DNA of 64,000 bases. Source: Promethearchaeota archaeon (GTDB taxonomy: Archaea; Asgardarchaeota; Lokiarchaeia; Sigyniarchaeales; SOKP01). How positions within the stretch are numbered: the first letter of the stretch is position 1; each line of letters opens with the position of its first letter. The notes beneath the pieces are model-generated. The model ran no database searches. It was not told the origin of the DNA and saw only the letters and a list, made by a program, of their open reading frames with translations. The stretch spans positions 96,001-160,000 of the forward strand of contig JBHLLT010000001.1 in assembly GCA_048938855.1 (NCBI GenBank). Reading direction: 5' to 3'. Of this stretch, positions 28,424-39,320 are shown piece by piece. A program made the translations under genes and the position numbers.

Positions 28424-29626
28424 TTGTTCTCCATTGTTATGAATAAAAAAATAAACATCCTGATTTTGTCTCCTTTATCTCTAGAAAATGGCAGAGGTGG
28501 TGAGATATCATCCATGGAATTAGCTGCTGGTTTAAGTAAATATCATAATATAACCCTTATTGATAGTAATGTTTCTTTTGGTAATAATCTATTGAGTAAA
28601 ACGTCAATTCTTAAAAAATTAAACGGAGTTAAGAGAAATGATAGAATAAAATTCGCAACTTTAAATTTATTTAATAAAACCTTTACATTTCCTTATGTTA
28701 GGGATATAATACGGTTATATAAGAAAATAAAAAAATCCGATATTATCTATACATCGAATTTTACAATAAAAACAAATCTAATACTTATGCTTTTTAGTCT
28801 ACTTCATCGAAAAGGTAAATTTGTGATTGGTCATAGAAAACCTATGTTTAGTGATAAGGTTCTTTCTATTTATAATTTAAAAAATAGAAGTTCGATCCTC
28901 TTGTTTTCATTATTAAAGAAGAGATTGCACCATCATACAATTTCTTATCACGCGAAAAAATATTTAGAATATTTTATTCCTTCAAATAAAATTACACATA
29001 TTATACATGGAATAGATCTAGAAAACTTTCTTAAAGACCAAAAAGAAATTTCAAAGAAAGACACTTTAAATTTTATTTATGTAGGCTCTATTGATGCTAT
29101 TCATAAAGGAGTAGATGTTTTATTAGATGGAATTGAAAAAACTATAGAAGAAAACAAAAATCTAAAGGTATTTTTTGAATTTTGTGGAGTGGGTCCATTA
29201 GAAGAAAGATTAAAAAAGCTGGAACTAAGATACCCTAATTTCATAAGCTACAATGGTTATGTTGATAATGAAATAATTCATACATATTTTAAAAGAAATG
29301 ATGTTTTTTTATTTTCTTCTAGAAGAGAACCATTTGGTAGAGTTTTAATTGAGGCTTTAGCGGCTAAATTAATTATTCTTTGTAGCAAAACATTTGGTTC
29401 AATCGAAGTTTTAAAGAATCAAGAATTTGCCTTTTTCTTCCATAAATTAAATCCTGAAGAAATAAGAGATAGGATTTTAGAAGTATATAATTTATGGAAA
29501 AATGATATAATGAAATTCAATGAACTTAAAGAATTAGCTATTAAATATGTTGTTCAAAAATATTCATTGTCGCAAGAAATTGAGTCATTTAGAAAACTAT
29601 TCGAAAATCTCGTAGGTATTAGATAA
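28424..29626 (+). CDS. Glycosyltransferase family 4
   Basis: GGE at the N-terminus, KGVD, SRREPFGRVLIEALA. Confidence 0.88.
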   Translation: MFSIVMNKKINILILSPLSLENGRGGEISSMELAAGLSKYHNITLIDSNVSFGNNLLSKTSILKKLNGVKRNDRIKFATLNLFNKTFTFPYVRDIIRLYKKIKKSDIIYTSNFTIKTNLILMLFSLLHRKGKFVIGHRKPMFSDKVLSIYNLKNRSSILLFSLLKKRLHHHTISYHAKKYLEYFIPSNKITHIIHGIDLENFLKDQKEISKKDTLNFIYVGSIDAIHKGVDVLLDGIEKTIEENKNLKVFFEFCGVGPLEERLKKLELRYPNFISYNGYVDNEIIHTYFKRNDVFLFSSRREPFGRVLIEALAAKLIILCSKTFGSIEVLKNQEFAFFFHKLNPEEIRDRILEVYNLWKNDIMKFNELKELAIKYVVQKYSLSQEIESFRKLFENLVGIR

Positions 29627-29628
29627 TT

Positions 29629-30888
29629 ATGAAAATTGCATTATTTACTTATCAATTTTATCCTAAATATGGGGGTATTTCTCACACAACTACTAGTTTA
29701 TGTAAATTATTTCGAGAAAAAGAACATGATTTGCATATCTTTAATCCATACCACAAAGGTAAAAATATTCACAATATTTTAGATAAAAACTACTACACTA
29801 TAAAAGATATTTACAAGTTTTTAAAAAATAAACAGCTATTATATTTTCTTATCTTAGCAATTTGGAATATAGTACGAGAAAAAAGAATTAGCTTAGAAGA
29901 TCGAATAAAAATGGTATTATTTCTATTTGTACCAAAATTCGGTATAAAATTTACGATAAATCTCCTAAAAACTTATCCATATTTTAAAAAGATAGATTTT
30001 GATGTTATATTTGGTTGTGCTACAGGTGGTTTCACATTGCCACTAATTTTTGTGCTCTCCAGAATTTTTAAAAAAAAAGTTATTTGCTTATCTCATGGCC
30101 AAGATTTCTTAATAAAGAGACTAATTTCACTTAAAGCTAGCTATATAAAAAATTTGGATAAGATTATCCTGAGTAATACAGTAATGAAAGATCTAATAAA
30201 GTCAATATATAATTTACCTGAAGATAAATTAACCATTATTAATCGCGGAATTGTCCTAAATGATTATGAAGTAAAAGAATCAAAAGAAGAATTAAGAAGA
30301 AAATTGAAGATTAAAGATAATTGTTTTGTTATACTAAGTGTAGGGAACCATGTTAAAAGAAAAGGTTTTGATTTAGTGATAAAAGCAGTTGATAAAATCG
30401 TAAAAAAAGATCCAAATATTCCCATTAAGTATTATTTAATTGGTCGAGGTCATTATACACAAAAATTAAAACAAATAACTGAAGAATTAAATCTTAAAAA
30501 TTTTATAGAATTTCTTGGAGAAATTGATGATAATGAAAGAAATAGATATTATAAATTATCAGATGTCTTTTTAATGCCTTCCACTATAGAAAAAAGTTCA
30601 ATTGAGGGTTTTGGGATTACATTTCTAGAAGCTAATTATTTCAAGTTGCCTGTAATTGGAGCTGCAACAGGCGGTATAACTGAGGCGATCATAAATGGGA
30701 CAACAGGGTTACTTGTTAAACCAAATGATATAAATGACCTAACTGAAAAAATCTTGTTTTTCTATAATCAACCGGAAAAAACAAAAGAAATGGGAGAAGA
30801 GGGATATAATAGAGTTATAAATAATTATAATTGGCATAAAATTTACGAGGAATATATTAAAGTTTTCAGAAATGTAATACAAGAGTAA
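29629..30888 (+). CDS. Glycosyltransferase family 4
   Basis: YPKYGGI, RKGFD, EGFGITFLEA, GGITEAI. Confidence 0.9.
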   Translation: MKIALFTYQFYPKYGGISHTTTSLCKLFREKEHDLHIFNPYHKGKNIHNILDKNYYTIKDIYKFLKNKQLLYFLILAIWNIVREKRISLEDRIKMVLFLFVPKFGIKFTINLLKTYPYFKKIDFDVIFGCATGGFTLPLIFVLSRIFKKKVICLSHGQDFLIKRLISLKASYIKNLDKIILSNTVMKDLIKSIYNLPEDKLTIINRGIVLNDYEVKESKEELRRKLKIKDNCFVILSVGNHVKRKGFDLVIKAVDKIVKKDPNIPIKYYLIGRGHYTQKLKQITEELNLKNFIEFLGEIDDNERNRYYKLSDVFLMPSTIEKSSIEGFGITFLEANYFKLPVIGAATGGITEAIINGTTGLLVKPNDINDLTEKILFFYNQPEKTKEMGEEGYNRVINNYNWHKIYEEYIKVFRNVIQE

Positions 30889-30936
30889 TGAAAATAGTTA
30901 AGTCCATTATAAATTTGTATATAATGATGTTATAAA

Positions 30937-31680
30937 TTAAGCTTTTATCCCAACAACACAGGCTACTTTTTTTAATTTATTTGATTGATTTTCAGATATA
31001 ACCCAACCATTTTTACTCCTTTCATATATCTCAAATTCAAGTATTCTAAATCTATGAATTAATTGCTCTAATGATTTTTGATCATAATTTCTTTCAAACG
31101 GATCTACAATTGCTTTTCCAAAAGGCACCGTTAAAATTAGTTTCCCTCCAATCTTTAGGAGATTATATATTTTTTCAATAGCTTTTTTATCACCATGCTC
31201 AAATGGTTTTATATTATACGCAGGAAGACCAATATGTTCTATAGTGCTAATACAGATAACACAATCAAATGATTCATTAGGTAGATCAATATCAAAAAAA
31301 TTTCCTTGAATAAACTCTAAGTTCTTATGCTTAAATATAAAAGGTCTATAATCAATTCCTACAACTTTGTATCCTAATGAAGCAAGTTGCATTGAAATCT
31401 TACTTCCTACACATCCTAGATCCAATATCTTTTCCATTTCGTTAAAATCAAAATTTTTATATAAAAATGGAATTTCTACGATCCTTTCTCCGATATTTAT
31501 CTTTTTAGATTTCAAATTAATTATTCTGTAAATCAAATTAAAAAAATTTACAATCTTTGCTTTAAGACCTGAGATTTCATAGTATATATCGTCATCAAAC
31601 TCAATGTAATGCCTTGCTTTCGAATATGATAAAAATTTCTTTATTTCAGTTAATATATGGTTTGAAGTCATGTTATTCAT
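30937..31680 (-). CDS. Class I SAM-dependent methyltransferase (DUF268-like)
   Basis: ILDLGC, FDCVICISTIEHIGL, LLKIGGKLILTVP. Confidence 0.8.
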   Translation of the reverse strand: MNNMTSNHILTEIKKFLSYSKARHYIEFDDDIYYEISGLKAKIVNFFNLIYRIINLKSKKINIGERIVEIPFLYKNFDFNEMEKILDLGCVGSKISMQLASLGYKVVGIDYRPFIFKHKNLEFIQGNFFDIDLPNESFDCVICISTIEHIGLPAYNIKPFEHGDKKAIEKIYNLLKIGGKLILTVPFGKAIVDPFERNYDQKSLEQLIHRFRILEFEIYERSKNGWVISENQSNKLKKVACVVGIKA

Positions 31681-31835
31681 AGTAAAAATGATTAATCCAA
31701 ATAGTCTTACTTAAAATTTATAATTTTTTAATAAATTAAGGAATGGTTTTTTATGGAATTTTATAGTAGTGAAGTATTTTTGATCTGTTCCTGAATTTTC
31801 ATAACATTGTTAAATCTAGCTTTAAACTTGTCTCC

Positions 31836-33302
31836 TTATTTTTTTGAAAAAATTCTCCTTGCTGATCTTTCAATTTTGCTTTCCTCAGATTTATAGTATT
31901 CAATGTATGGCAATATTTTACTAAATAGATGTTTTTTTATATCAATAATATTATTTTTTGTTGATTTACTAAGATCATATACTTCTCCAGGGTCGGCTTT
32001 TAAATTAAAAAGTTTTATAGATTTTGTTTGACCATCGAAAATTAATTTCCAATCTAATGTTCTACAAGAGATCATTATAAAGAATTTGTAAGAATCCTTA
32101 TTATAAGCTGTATAACTAATTTTATTATGATGCAATATAATACTTATAGCATATTTAGAATTTTTAAATCCATTTTCCTTTTTGATAATATTTACTAAAT
32201 TTCTTCCTTGATAGTTCTCATCTTTTGGAAGTTTAAATAAATTTAGAATTGTAGGCCCTATATCCAATAATTGTACTTGTTCTTGTAGAATTTTTGCTTT
32301 ATTTAATGAAGTATTGAGTTTAATTAAGAGTGGCACCCTAAGAAGTTCATCGTAAAGACTAGGATAATGGCTTAAGCAATTATGTTCAAACATTTCATCA
32401 CCATGATCCGCGGTAAGAATTATTTTAGTGGAATCATAAATGCTTAAGTTTTTTAAATATTTGATTAAAATTCCTATGTAAAAATCGACATAATTAAGTT
32501 CTGCATTATGTAATATTTCTATAGTCTTCCCTATTTTTTTTTTATCTAAATCTTTTGACCAATCTGGATTTGTGCTAATTTTATTTATAATTTGATTGAT
32601 AAACAATTTAGTGTCGTCAGAGATATGTTGATCCGATACATTTTTAATAGATTTATTGGATGGAAAATAGGGAGTATGTGCATCCATAAAATGGATCCAT
32701 AAAAAAAAATTTTTATGATAATTTCTTTTTAACCATTCAAGTGATTTTGCAGTAATGTTCCTAGCATTTAAATAGGGAGATTCTACTTTTTTTATAACAG
32801 ATCTTTTTAAAGTGTGTTTAAATATTTTTGAAAATATATTTCTAATTTTTTTACCATATTCTTTAAGGGAGAAAAATTCGAGGATTTTCTCGTTTATTAA
32901 ATATATTAGATTAACAAATTGTTTTTTTGAACTATAATATTGAGGTTTTTTGAACATATCATAAAAATCATCAAAACCAAGATTGTAATTGCAATAATTT
33001 CCTAAGTGTGGATTAGAATGAATTCCACAAGTTTTAATATTGTTTTCGCTGAGAATTTTATAAAAAGTTTTTTTATGCAAAGGTAAAGGTGCATAGGAGA
33101 CCTTCATTGCAGGTAATTCAGAAGTAAAAAGAGAATAAAAGGATGACGCAGTATTTGAACCATTTGCAATAGCATTATTAAAACAGTATGATTCTTTCGA
33201 CAACTTGTTGACATTAGGTAATATATCTTTATCATAACCATAAACTTTTAAGCAATCTCTTCGGCAGCAGTCAATTGTTATTAATATTAGTTTTTTTACC
33301 AT
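31836..33302 (-). CDS. Sulfatase-like hydrolase/transferase
   Basis: ITIDCCRRD, HSNPHL, HFMDAHTPY, LTADHGD, VPLLI; SNTASSF at the nucleophile position. Confidence 0.85.
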   Translation of the reverse strand: MVKKLILITIDCCRRDCLKVYGYDKDILPNVNKLSKESYCFNNAIANGSNTASSFYSLFTSELPAMKVSYAPLPLHKKTFYKILSENNIKTCGIHSNPHLGNYCNYNLGFDDFYDMFKKPQYYSSKKQFVNLIYLINEKILEFFSLKEYGKKIRNIFSKIFKHTLKRSVIKKVESPYLNARNITAKSLEWLKRNYHKNFFLWIHFMDAHTPYFPSNKSIKNVSDQHISDDTKLFINQIINKISTNPDWSKDLDKKKIGKTIEILHNAELNYVDFYIGILIKYLKNLSIYDSTKIILTADHGDEMFEHNCLSHYPSLYDELLRVPLLIKLNTSLNKAKILQEQVQLLDIGPTILNLFKLPKDENYQGRNLVNIIKKENGFKNSKYAISIILHHNKISYTAYNKDSYKFFIMISCRTLDWKLIFDGQTKSIKLFNLKADPGEVYDLSKSTKNNIIDIKKHLFSKILPYIEYYKSEESKIERSARRIFSKK

Positions 33303-33613
33303 GACTTATATTAACCATTTGCTAATCTTAAAGTGAATTTTCTTGAAAGCGTTTTATTTGTTATTTTGGAGAGTCTTATTTAAAATTTATAATTTTTTAA
33401 TAAAAATCATAAATTGTCATAACAATTCATTAATTCTATTTATTTCAAAAAGTAGGAGTAACAATAAATAATCTATTAAATGATGGTTTATTTGGATTAT
33501 CAATAATGAGTAATTACTTGGATCTTAATCTGTATAAAATTGTATAGTCAATTTCATCTAAGCTTGGACATATGTAATTCTAATTTAATTATTGAAAAAA
33601 GAGAATAAAATTT

Positions 33614-34771
33614 ATGAATTTTATTGCTAATGAACAATCGAGTTCCAAAAGAAACTTAAGAGTATTATATTTCACGCCAGTTTTCAATCTGAAAAATACT
33701 AAAATCGATACATATATGACGAAGGAAGTTAAATCTGTAGTGGCAAATTACCCAAATATAGAATATCTGGTATACTTGGCAAATCCTCGAAAAAATAATG
33801 AAGTAATTATGTATAATGAGAGAATCCTGCAAGTAAATAGAAAAACATATAAAAATATTCATTTTTTAAAGGAAGCAATAAAAATATTTGTTAAATTTAA
33901 ACCGCATATAGTTCATTCACATTATGTTGTTCCATCAATTATTATCAATTTTTTTGCTAAAATATTCAGAGTACCTACAATTCTCCATGGGAGAGGACAA
34001 GATGTAAATTATCGCCCATATCGAAACGTTAAGAGTAAAATTCTATTATTGATAGCAGGAAAATTAAACACGCTTATTTTAACAGTTTGTAAATCGATGA
34101 AAAAAGATTGTATGCAATTTAAAATAAGAAGAAATAAAGTTAAGGTGATTTATAATGGAATTGATTACATGTTTTTTGTTCCAAAAGAGAAGGATTTTTT
34201 TTCAATCCAACGCCCTTTGGAATTAATTCATGTTGGAGCGTTAAATCCCAGAAAAGCCCAACACTTAATCATTGAAGCATGCAAAAAGTTAAAAGAAAAC
34301 AACATTAAATTTCATTTAACTTTAATTGGAGAAGGGATTCTAAAACAAAAATTAATTGATTTAATTAATAAATATAAATTAAAGGATTCTGTTGATTTAT
34401 TGGGAAACATAGAGCATTATAACCTCCCAAAATATTTACAAAAAGCAGATTTAATGGTTTTTCCATCATTGACCGAAGGTTTACCAAATGCAGTATTGGA
34501 AGCAATGAGTATGAAGTTAGTTGTAATATTTACAAGAGTTGATGGTAATTTGGAGCTAGTTCAAGATGTTGGAACTATTTTAGTAGACATTAATAATCCT
34601 CAACAATTATTCGATGCAATAATGCATTATTATAACAATCCTAGTAAATTTAAAATTGGAGGAGAGATAAATAGAAATTTCATTGTTAAAACATTCAGCT
34701 GGGATAAACACGCAAAAGAGTTATATCATGTGTACAATTTATTATCACATAAAAAAAAGGACAAAAAATGA
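33614..34771 (+). CDS. Glycosyltransferase family 4
   Basis: HGRGQDV, IYNGID, PSLTEGLPNAVLEAM. Confidence 0.9.
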   Translation: MNFIANEQSSSKRNLRVLYFTPVFNLKNTKIDTYMTKEVKSVVANYPNIEYLVYLANPRKNNEVIMYNERILQVNRKTYKNIHFLKEAIKIFVKFKPHIVHSHYVVPSIIINFFAKIFRVPTILHGRGQDVNYRPYRNVKSKILLLIAGKLNTLILTVCKSMKKDCMQFKIRRNKVKVIYNGIDYMFFVPKEKDFFSIQRPLELIHVGALNPRKAQHLIIEACKKLKENNIKFHLTLIGEGILKQKLIDLINKYKLKDSVDLLGNIEHYNLPKYLQKADLMVFPSLTEGLPNAVLEAMSMKLVVIFTRVDGNLELVQDVGTILVDINNPQQLFDAIMHYYNNPSKFKIGGEINRNFIVKTFSWDKHAKELYHVYNLLSHKKKDKK

Positions 34772-35589
34772 CAATTAATAAAAAAATTCGTAGAATCTTT
34801 TCAAAAACTTTCGCAATAGCAGAGAAAAACACACGTATGCAATTTAGGTTTAAGTATAACGTGATATTTAGATGGTTTACTCCCATTATAACAATTTTAA
34901 TGCCTATTATTATTTTGGATCAGTTTTTTAATGCTAGTATTGATATTTATCCTTGGAACGCTCAAAATTATATGATATTTGTATTTATTGGATATAACAT
35001 ACTATTAATGCAAAAGATGCTTAACAACATTCCAGTATATTTATTAAGAGAAAAATACTGGAAAACACTTCCTGCTCTTATTACAGCACCATTCAATAGA
35101 TTTTATTTATTATTTGGTTATATTCTTTCTGAATTTTTAGGTATTATTATACCATTTACAATTTTTTTTGTAACACTTCTAATCTTTTTTCCTATCTCAA
35201 TAACTACAATATTAGCAATATTAGTTATGTTTATTGGAGTTGGAATTGTATTTTCAGGGGTTGGATTATTTTTAGGAGTATTTGCTATCTCAAATGAAAA
35301 TTACTTATATATCTTTGATTTTACACTTAAACTTATTTTTTGGTTTAGCTGTGTTACTTATCCTTTTCAATTATTTCCCTCTGTAGTCCAAAATATTATT
35401 AACCTAAATCCAATTTATTATTTAATTGATATTATTCGTTGGACTTGGATTGAAAATAATCTCATTTTAACTGCAATCTCACACCCGTTGCATATTTTAA
35501 TATTTTCACTTTCTTTAGTTATCTTTCCGATTATATGTGTTCTTGTTTTTGATTATATATATAAAAAATTAGGTATTACGGGGTATTAA
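34768..35589 (+). CDS. ABC-2 type transporter permease
   Basis: About 6 TM; REKYWKTL..LITAP, YP..LFP..NPIYY..IR. Confidence 0.85.
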   Translation: MTINKKIRRIFSKTFAIAEKNTRMQFRFKYNVIFRWFTPIITILMPIIILDQFFNASIDIYPWNAQNYMIFVFIGYNILLMQKMLNNIPVYLLREKYWKTLPALITAPFNRFYLLFGYILSEFLGIIIPFTIFFVTLLIFFPISITTILAILVMFIGVGIVFSGVGLFLGVFAISNENYLYIFDFTLKLIFWFSCVTYPFQLFPSVVQNIINLNPIYYLIDIIRWTWIENNLILTAISHPLHILIFSLSLVIFPIICVLVFDYIYKKLGITGY

Positions 35590-35590
35590 T

Positions 35591-36505
35591 TTGAATAAAT
35601 ATATAATAGAGACTTTTAACTTATCCAAAAATTATCATCTGAAAGGAAATAAACTAATCCGTGCTTTAGATAACGTGAATATTAAAATAGAAGAGGGAGA
35701 AAAGTTTGGTTTATTAGGCCCAAACGGAGCAGGTAAAACTACAATGATATCTATTTTAACTACTCTAATACAACCATCAAGTGGTTATGCAATCATAGAT
35801 GGTAATAATGTTATAAAAAATCCTAATAGTATCAAAAATAAAATTGCACTCATGCTCGGAAGTGACATGATATATTATAGAATAACAGGATATTCAAATT
35901 TAAAATTCTTTTGTAAAGTTTGCGATGTAAAGAATTATAAAAAAAAGATTTTAGAGGTATCAAAAGAGTTAGAAATAGAAAAATGGCTTAATGAGTATGT
36001 TGAGCGTTACTCATCAGGAATGAAAATTAAATTATCATTATGTAGAATTCTGCTTATTGATCCAAAGATATTATTTTTAGATGAGCCGACCTTGGGTCTT
36101 GATATCAAAACAACAAATTTTATTATTGATAAATTAAAAACCTTGAATAAAACAATATTTATAACTAGTCATAATATGGATGTTGTTGAAAAATTATGTA
36201 CAAAATTTGCTTTTATTAATGAAGGTAAAATTCTTAGAACAGGGACTAAGGAGGAATTAAGTAAAGTATTACAAAAAGGCATAAAAATTTCAATTGGTAT
36301 TACTGAAAATAAAGATAAATTTAAAGAAGAATTAGAAAAACAACACTTTATAACAAATATAATTGATGAAACAGATGGGTTAGTTATTGAAATTTTAAAG
36401 AGAAAATTCTATACTCAATTATTTCCAATTTTTCAAAAATACAATATTACAAAAATTCAAGAATTAGAACTATCTATTGAAGATTTATTCTTTAAAATAA
36501 TATAA
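35591..36505 (+). CDS. ABC transporter ATP-binding protein
   Basis: GPNGAGKTT, YSSGM, LFLDEPTLGLD, TSH. Confidence 0.92.
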   Translation: MNKYIIETFNLSKNYHLKGNKLIRALDNVNIKIEEGEKFGLLGPNGAGKTTMISILTTLIQPSSGYAIIDGNNVIKNPNSIKNKIALMLGSDMIYYRITGYSNLKFFCKVCDVKNYKKKILEVSKELEIEKWLNEYVERYSSGMKIKLSLCRILLIDPKILFLDEPTLGLDIKTTNFIIDKLKTLNKTIFITSHNMDVVEKLCTKFAFINEGKILRTGTKEELSKVLQKGIKISIGITENKDKFKEELEKQHFITNIIDETDGLVIEILKRKFYTQLFPIFQKYNITKIQELELSIEDLFFKII

Positions 36506-36565
36506 AGTATAAAAGAAATTAAGACAACATAGAAAAGACAATTAAAATAAGATAAAATGTAAAAA

Positions 36566-37447
36566 ATGTTAAAATTTTTCTCAAGAGTGAGAACATTTGA
36601 AAATTTAAAAGAATATTTTTTTTTTAAAATAATATCTCTTATCTTTAAAACAAAAAATAAGGGTTTCCATATCTTTGATGAGGATTGGGATAATCTTATC
36701 ATCTTAGATGCTTGTCGATATGACTTTTTTAAGAAAATAATACCTTCTATAAATATCGATGGAGTGCTTAAAAAAAAAATATCTTTAGGTAGTCATACAG
36801 CTCAATTCCTAAAAGAAAATTTTAAAAACAGAAAATATGAAAATATCGTCTATTTAACAGCGAATCCCGTTGTAAATCAGTTACTAAATGATAGGTTTTA
36901 TCAAATAATTTCAGTATGGGATCAAGGATGGGATAAGAAATTTCATACTGTACTTCCAGAAGTTATGTATCAATACACTCTAAACGCAATAAAGAAGTAT
37001 CCAAATAAAAAATTGATTATCCATTTCATGCAACCACATTTTCCATATATTGGTTATGATATTAACAAAGGAATAATTAATACCGGTATTAAAAAAAGTA
37101 TTTTTTCTATATATCACAGTGATCATTGGACAAAATATAATCTTCTTTCTCTTTTGAAAGGATACTTGAAAAGTCTACAAATTTCTTTGTTTTATGTTAA
37201 AAAATTAGTTAATGTCTTATCAGGTACTACTGTTATTACATCAGATCATGGAGAGTCTTTTGGTGATTATATTCATCCTTTCTTTCCAATTAAGTTTTAT
37301 GGTCATGAAATTAATGTGAAAATGCCTGCATTAACCGAAATTCCATGGTTTGTCATTAAAAAACAGAAGATTGAATTAACTGAAAAAAGAAGTATGGAAT
37401 TAGAAAAGGAAATCTTAAGAACATCTATTAAAAAGCTTAAATTATAA
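36566..37447 (+). CDS. Short alkaline-phosphatase-superfamily (sulfatase-like) protein
   Basis: WDNLIILDACRYD, SLGSHT, HFMQPHFPY, ITSDHGE, YGH, PW. Confidence 0.8.
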   Translation: MLKFFSRVRTFENLKEYFFFKIISLIFKTKNKGFHIFDEDWDNLIILDACRYDFFKKIIPSINIDGVLKKKISLGSHTAQFLKENFKNRKYENIVYLTANPVVNQLLNDRFYQIISVWDQGWDKKFHTVLPEVMYQYTLNAIKKYPNKKLIIHFMQPHFPYIGYDINKGIINTGIKKSIFSIYHSDHWTKYNLLSLLKGYLKSLQISLFYVKKLVNVLSGTTVITSDHGESFGDYIHPFFPIKFYGHEINVKMPALTEIPWFVIKKQKIELTEKRSMELEKEILRTSIKKLKL

Positions 37448-37482
37448 ATTTATTTCTTACCATATGAGAGCCTTTAAATTTA

Positions 37483-38694
37483 TTAATTTGTCTTTTTAGC
37501 ATTTTCAGAAAAATTACTATTTAAAAATTGAGTTTTTATAAATCTATTGAGTTTATATCTTTCTCTAGCAAATTTACCTTCTGATAACAAATAATTTAAA
37601 GGACAACCATTGATAGGAATTTTAAGTTGATTTCCTATTAAATCATTGATTGTATGTATAATGTCAAATAGTGTAATGTCCATGTTAATCTTTAAACCTC
37701 CGAAACTACAAGATGGGAATTTTATTAAAAATGGAACCTGTTTTTGGAAATCGTAACCACCATTATGAAAAAAAGCATTGAATTGTAGTCTATTAGGAAT
37801 TTTTTTAATTTTGGGGAGTGTTTTTAATAGTCTCCTAATTCTATTATAAATTTTAAAAAACAGTGCATAAATTTTTAAAATTTTAGGGGGTAATCTGGAT
37901 CCAATATCCCCTAATCCTTCACCATGATCAGATGTAATGATTATTAAAGAATTATGATATAAATCTTTATCTTTTAAGATTTTAATCAAAGCTAGAATAT
38001 GATTATTCATAACTTCAATAATCCGTTTCTCATAAACCATTTTAACAAATTTAATACTTATTTCTCTTTTTTTTATTTTATTAATTAATTTTTTACCAAT
38101 TTCTCGATAATTTTGTCCAGTGATTTTGTCTTTGAAAAAATCGTTTATCCCATAATTATGATGCGTTTTCCAAAAATGCAGGAAAACAAAATTAGCATTG
38201 TCTTTATTTTCTATAATATAATTTTTCCATACATCTGGTATCATTCTAAATTCATCATCTGCGGAACCTACATAATCTTCTACATTATTACCTAAAAACT
38301 CTTTATCCCATACAAACATTGGTTCAAGGCCTAAATGATCGATAATCTGTTTACGAAATGGGATAACACTATCTTGTCCAACTATATTCTCATACTCTAA
38401 TGGATAATTTGTGAATAAAGCAGAATTACAAAAAGATTTAATCTTAAAACCAATTTTTTGTAATTGATAAGGAAAATCGAAGTATTTTGATTTAAAAAGG
38501 TAATCGCCAAAAAAAATTGCATAATGAGAATTAAATGTGTTTGTATATATTGAATTGCAGTTAGAGAAACTTACAAAATCATTTTGAATTTCATTACACA
38601 TATTTTGCATGTTAGAATAAAACACATCTCTTCTAACACTATCGAGTACGATCAGAAAAATGTTTTTTATATTATTTTTATCAATATCAGACAT
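37483..38694 (-). CDS. Sulfatase-like hydrolase/transferase (divergent)
   Basis: IVLDSVRRD, YTNTFNSH, HFWKTHHNY, ITSDHGE, VPFLIK. Confidence 0.75.
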   Translation of the reverse strand: MSDIDKNNIKNIFLIVLDSVRRDVFYSNMQNMCNEIQNDFVSFSNCNSIYTNTFNSHYAIFFGDYLFKSKYFDFPYQLQKIGFKIKSFCNSALFTNYPLEYENIVGQDSVIPFRKQIIDHLGLEPMFVWDKEFLGNNVEDYVGSADDEFRMIPDVWKNYIIENKDNANFVFLHFWKTHHNYGINDFFKDKITGQNYREIGKKLINKIKKREISIKFVKMVYEKRIIEVMNNHILALIKILKDKDLYHNSLIIITSDHGEGLGDIGSRLPPKILKIYALFFKIYNRIRRLLKTLPKIKKIPNRLQFNAFFHNGGYDFQKQVPFLIKFPSCSFGGLKINMDITLFDIIHTINDLIGNQLKIPINGCPLNYLLSEGKFARERYKLNRFIKTQFLNSNFSENAKKTN

Positions 38695-38708
38695 TAATGA
38701 TCCAAATG

Positions 38709-39320
38709 TTATATTTTTTGTAATATTACCTCCATTTCCTTAGGGAAGACTAATCTTGATATGTATCTTTCATAAAAATGAGGATGCAGGTTTGCAAAAG
38801 AGGTTACAAGTCTACTAATGATATTACTTTCTGGATTAAACGAAATCCTACGAATAGTGAAATTAATTTTTCTATCACTATGGTAATATGAAAGATAATG
38901 TCTATCTGATAAATAATTAAAGGTTTTCATTGCGAAGAATCGTACATGAGTAGGATCTGCATATGCATTAATACTAGAAAAATGGGGGACCATTACCCTT
39001 AGGATTCCTTCAGGTTTTAATATTCTATATATTTCTTCCATCACGCCAAAGAAATTTGCTATATGTTCTAAAACATGATTAGCGATAACAATATCAAACT
39101 GGTTATTCTCAAATGGGTAGGGAATTTCATTTAAATCATGAACAACATTTACATCAGGGAGGTCAACCTTATCTAGCCCTATAACCTCAGTATTTTTATT
39201 ACTTGACTTATATTTATTTGTCCCACATCCTATATCCAAAATCTTAAGTGAATTCCTTTTCATATCTAAATTCAATTTATTATTTATTTTTTCTTTTATT
39301 ATTTTCAAAACAACTTTCAA
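38709..39320 (-). CDS. Class I SAM-dependent methyltransferase
   Basis: ILDIGCG, HVLEH, RILKPEG, DPTH. Confidence 0.85.
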   Translation of the reverse strand: MKVVLKIIKEKINNKLNLDMKRNSLKILDIGCGTNKYKSSNKNTEVIGLDKVDLPDVNVVHDLNEIPYPFENNQFDIVIANHVLEHIANFFGVMEEIYRILKPEGILRVMVPHFSSINAYADPTHVRFFAMKTFNYLSDRHYLSYYHSDRKINFTIRRISFNPESNIISRLVTSFANLHPHFYERYISRLVFPKEMEVILQKI

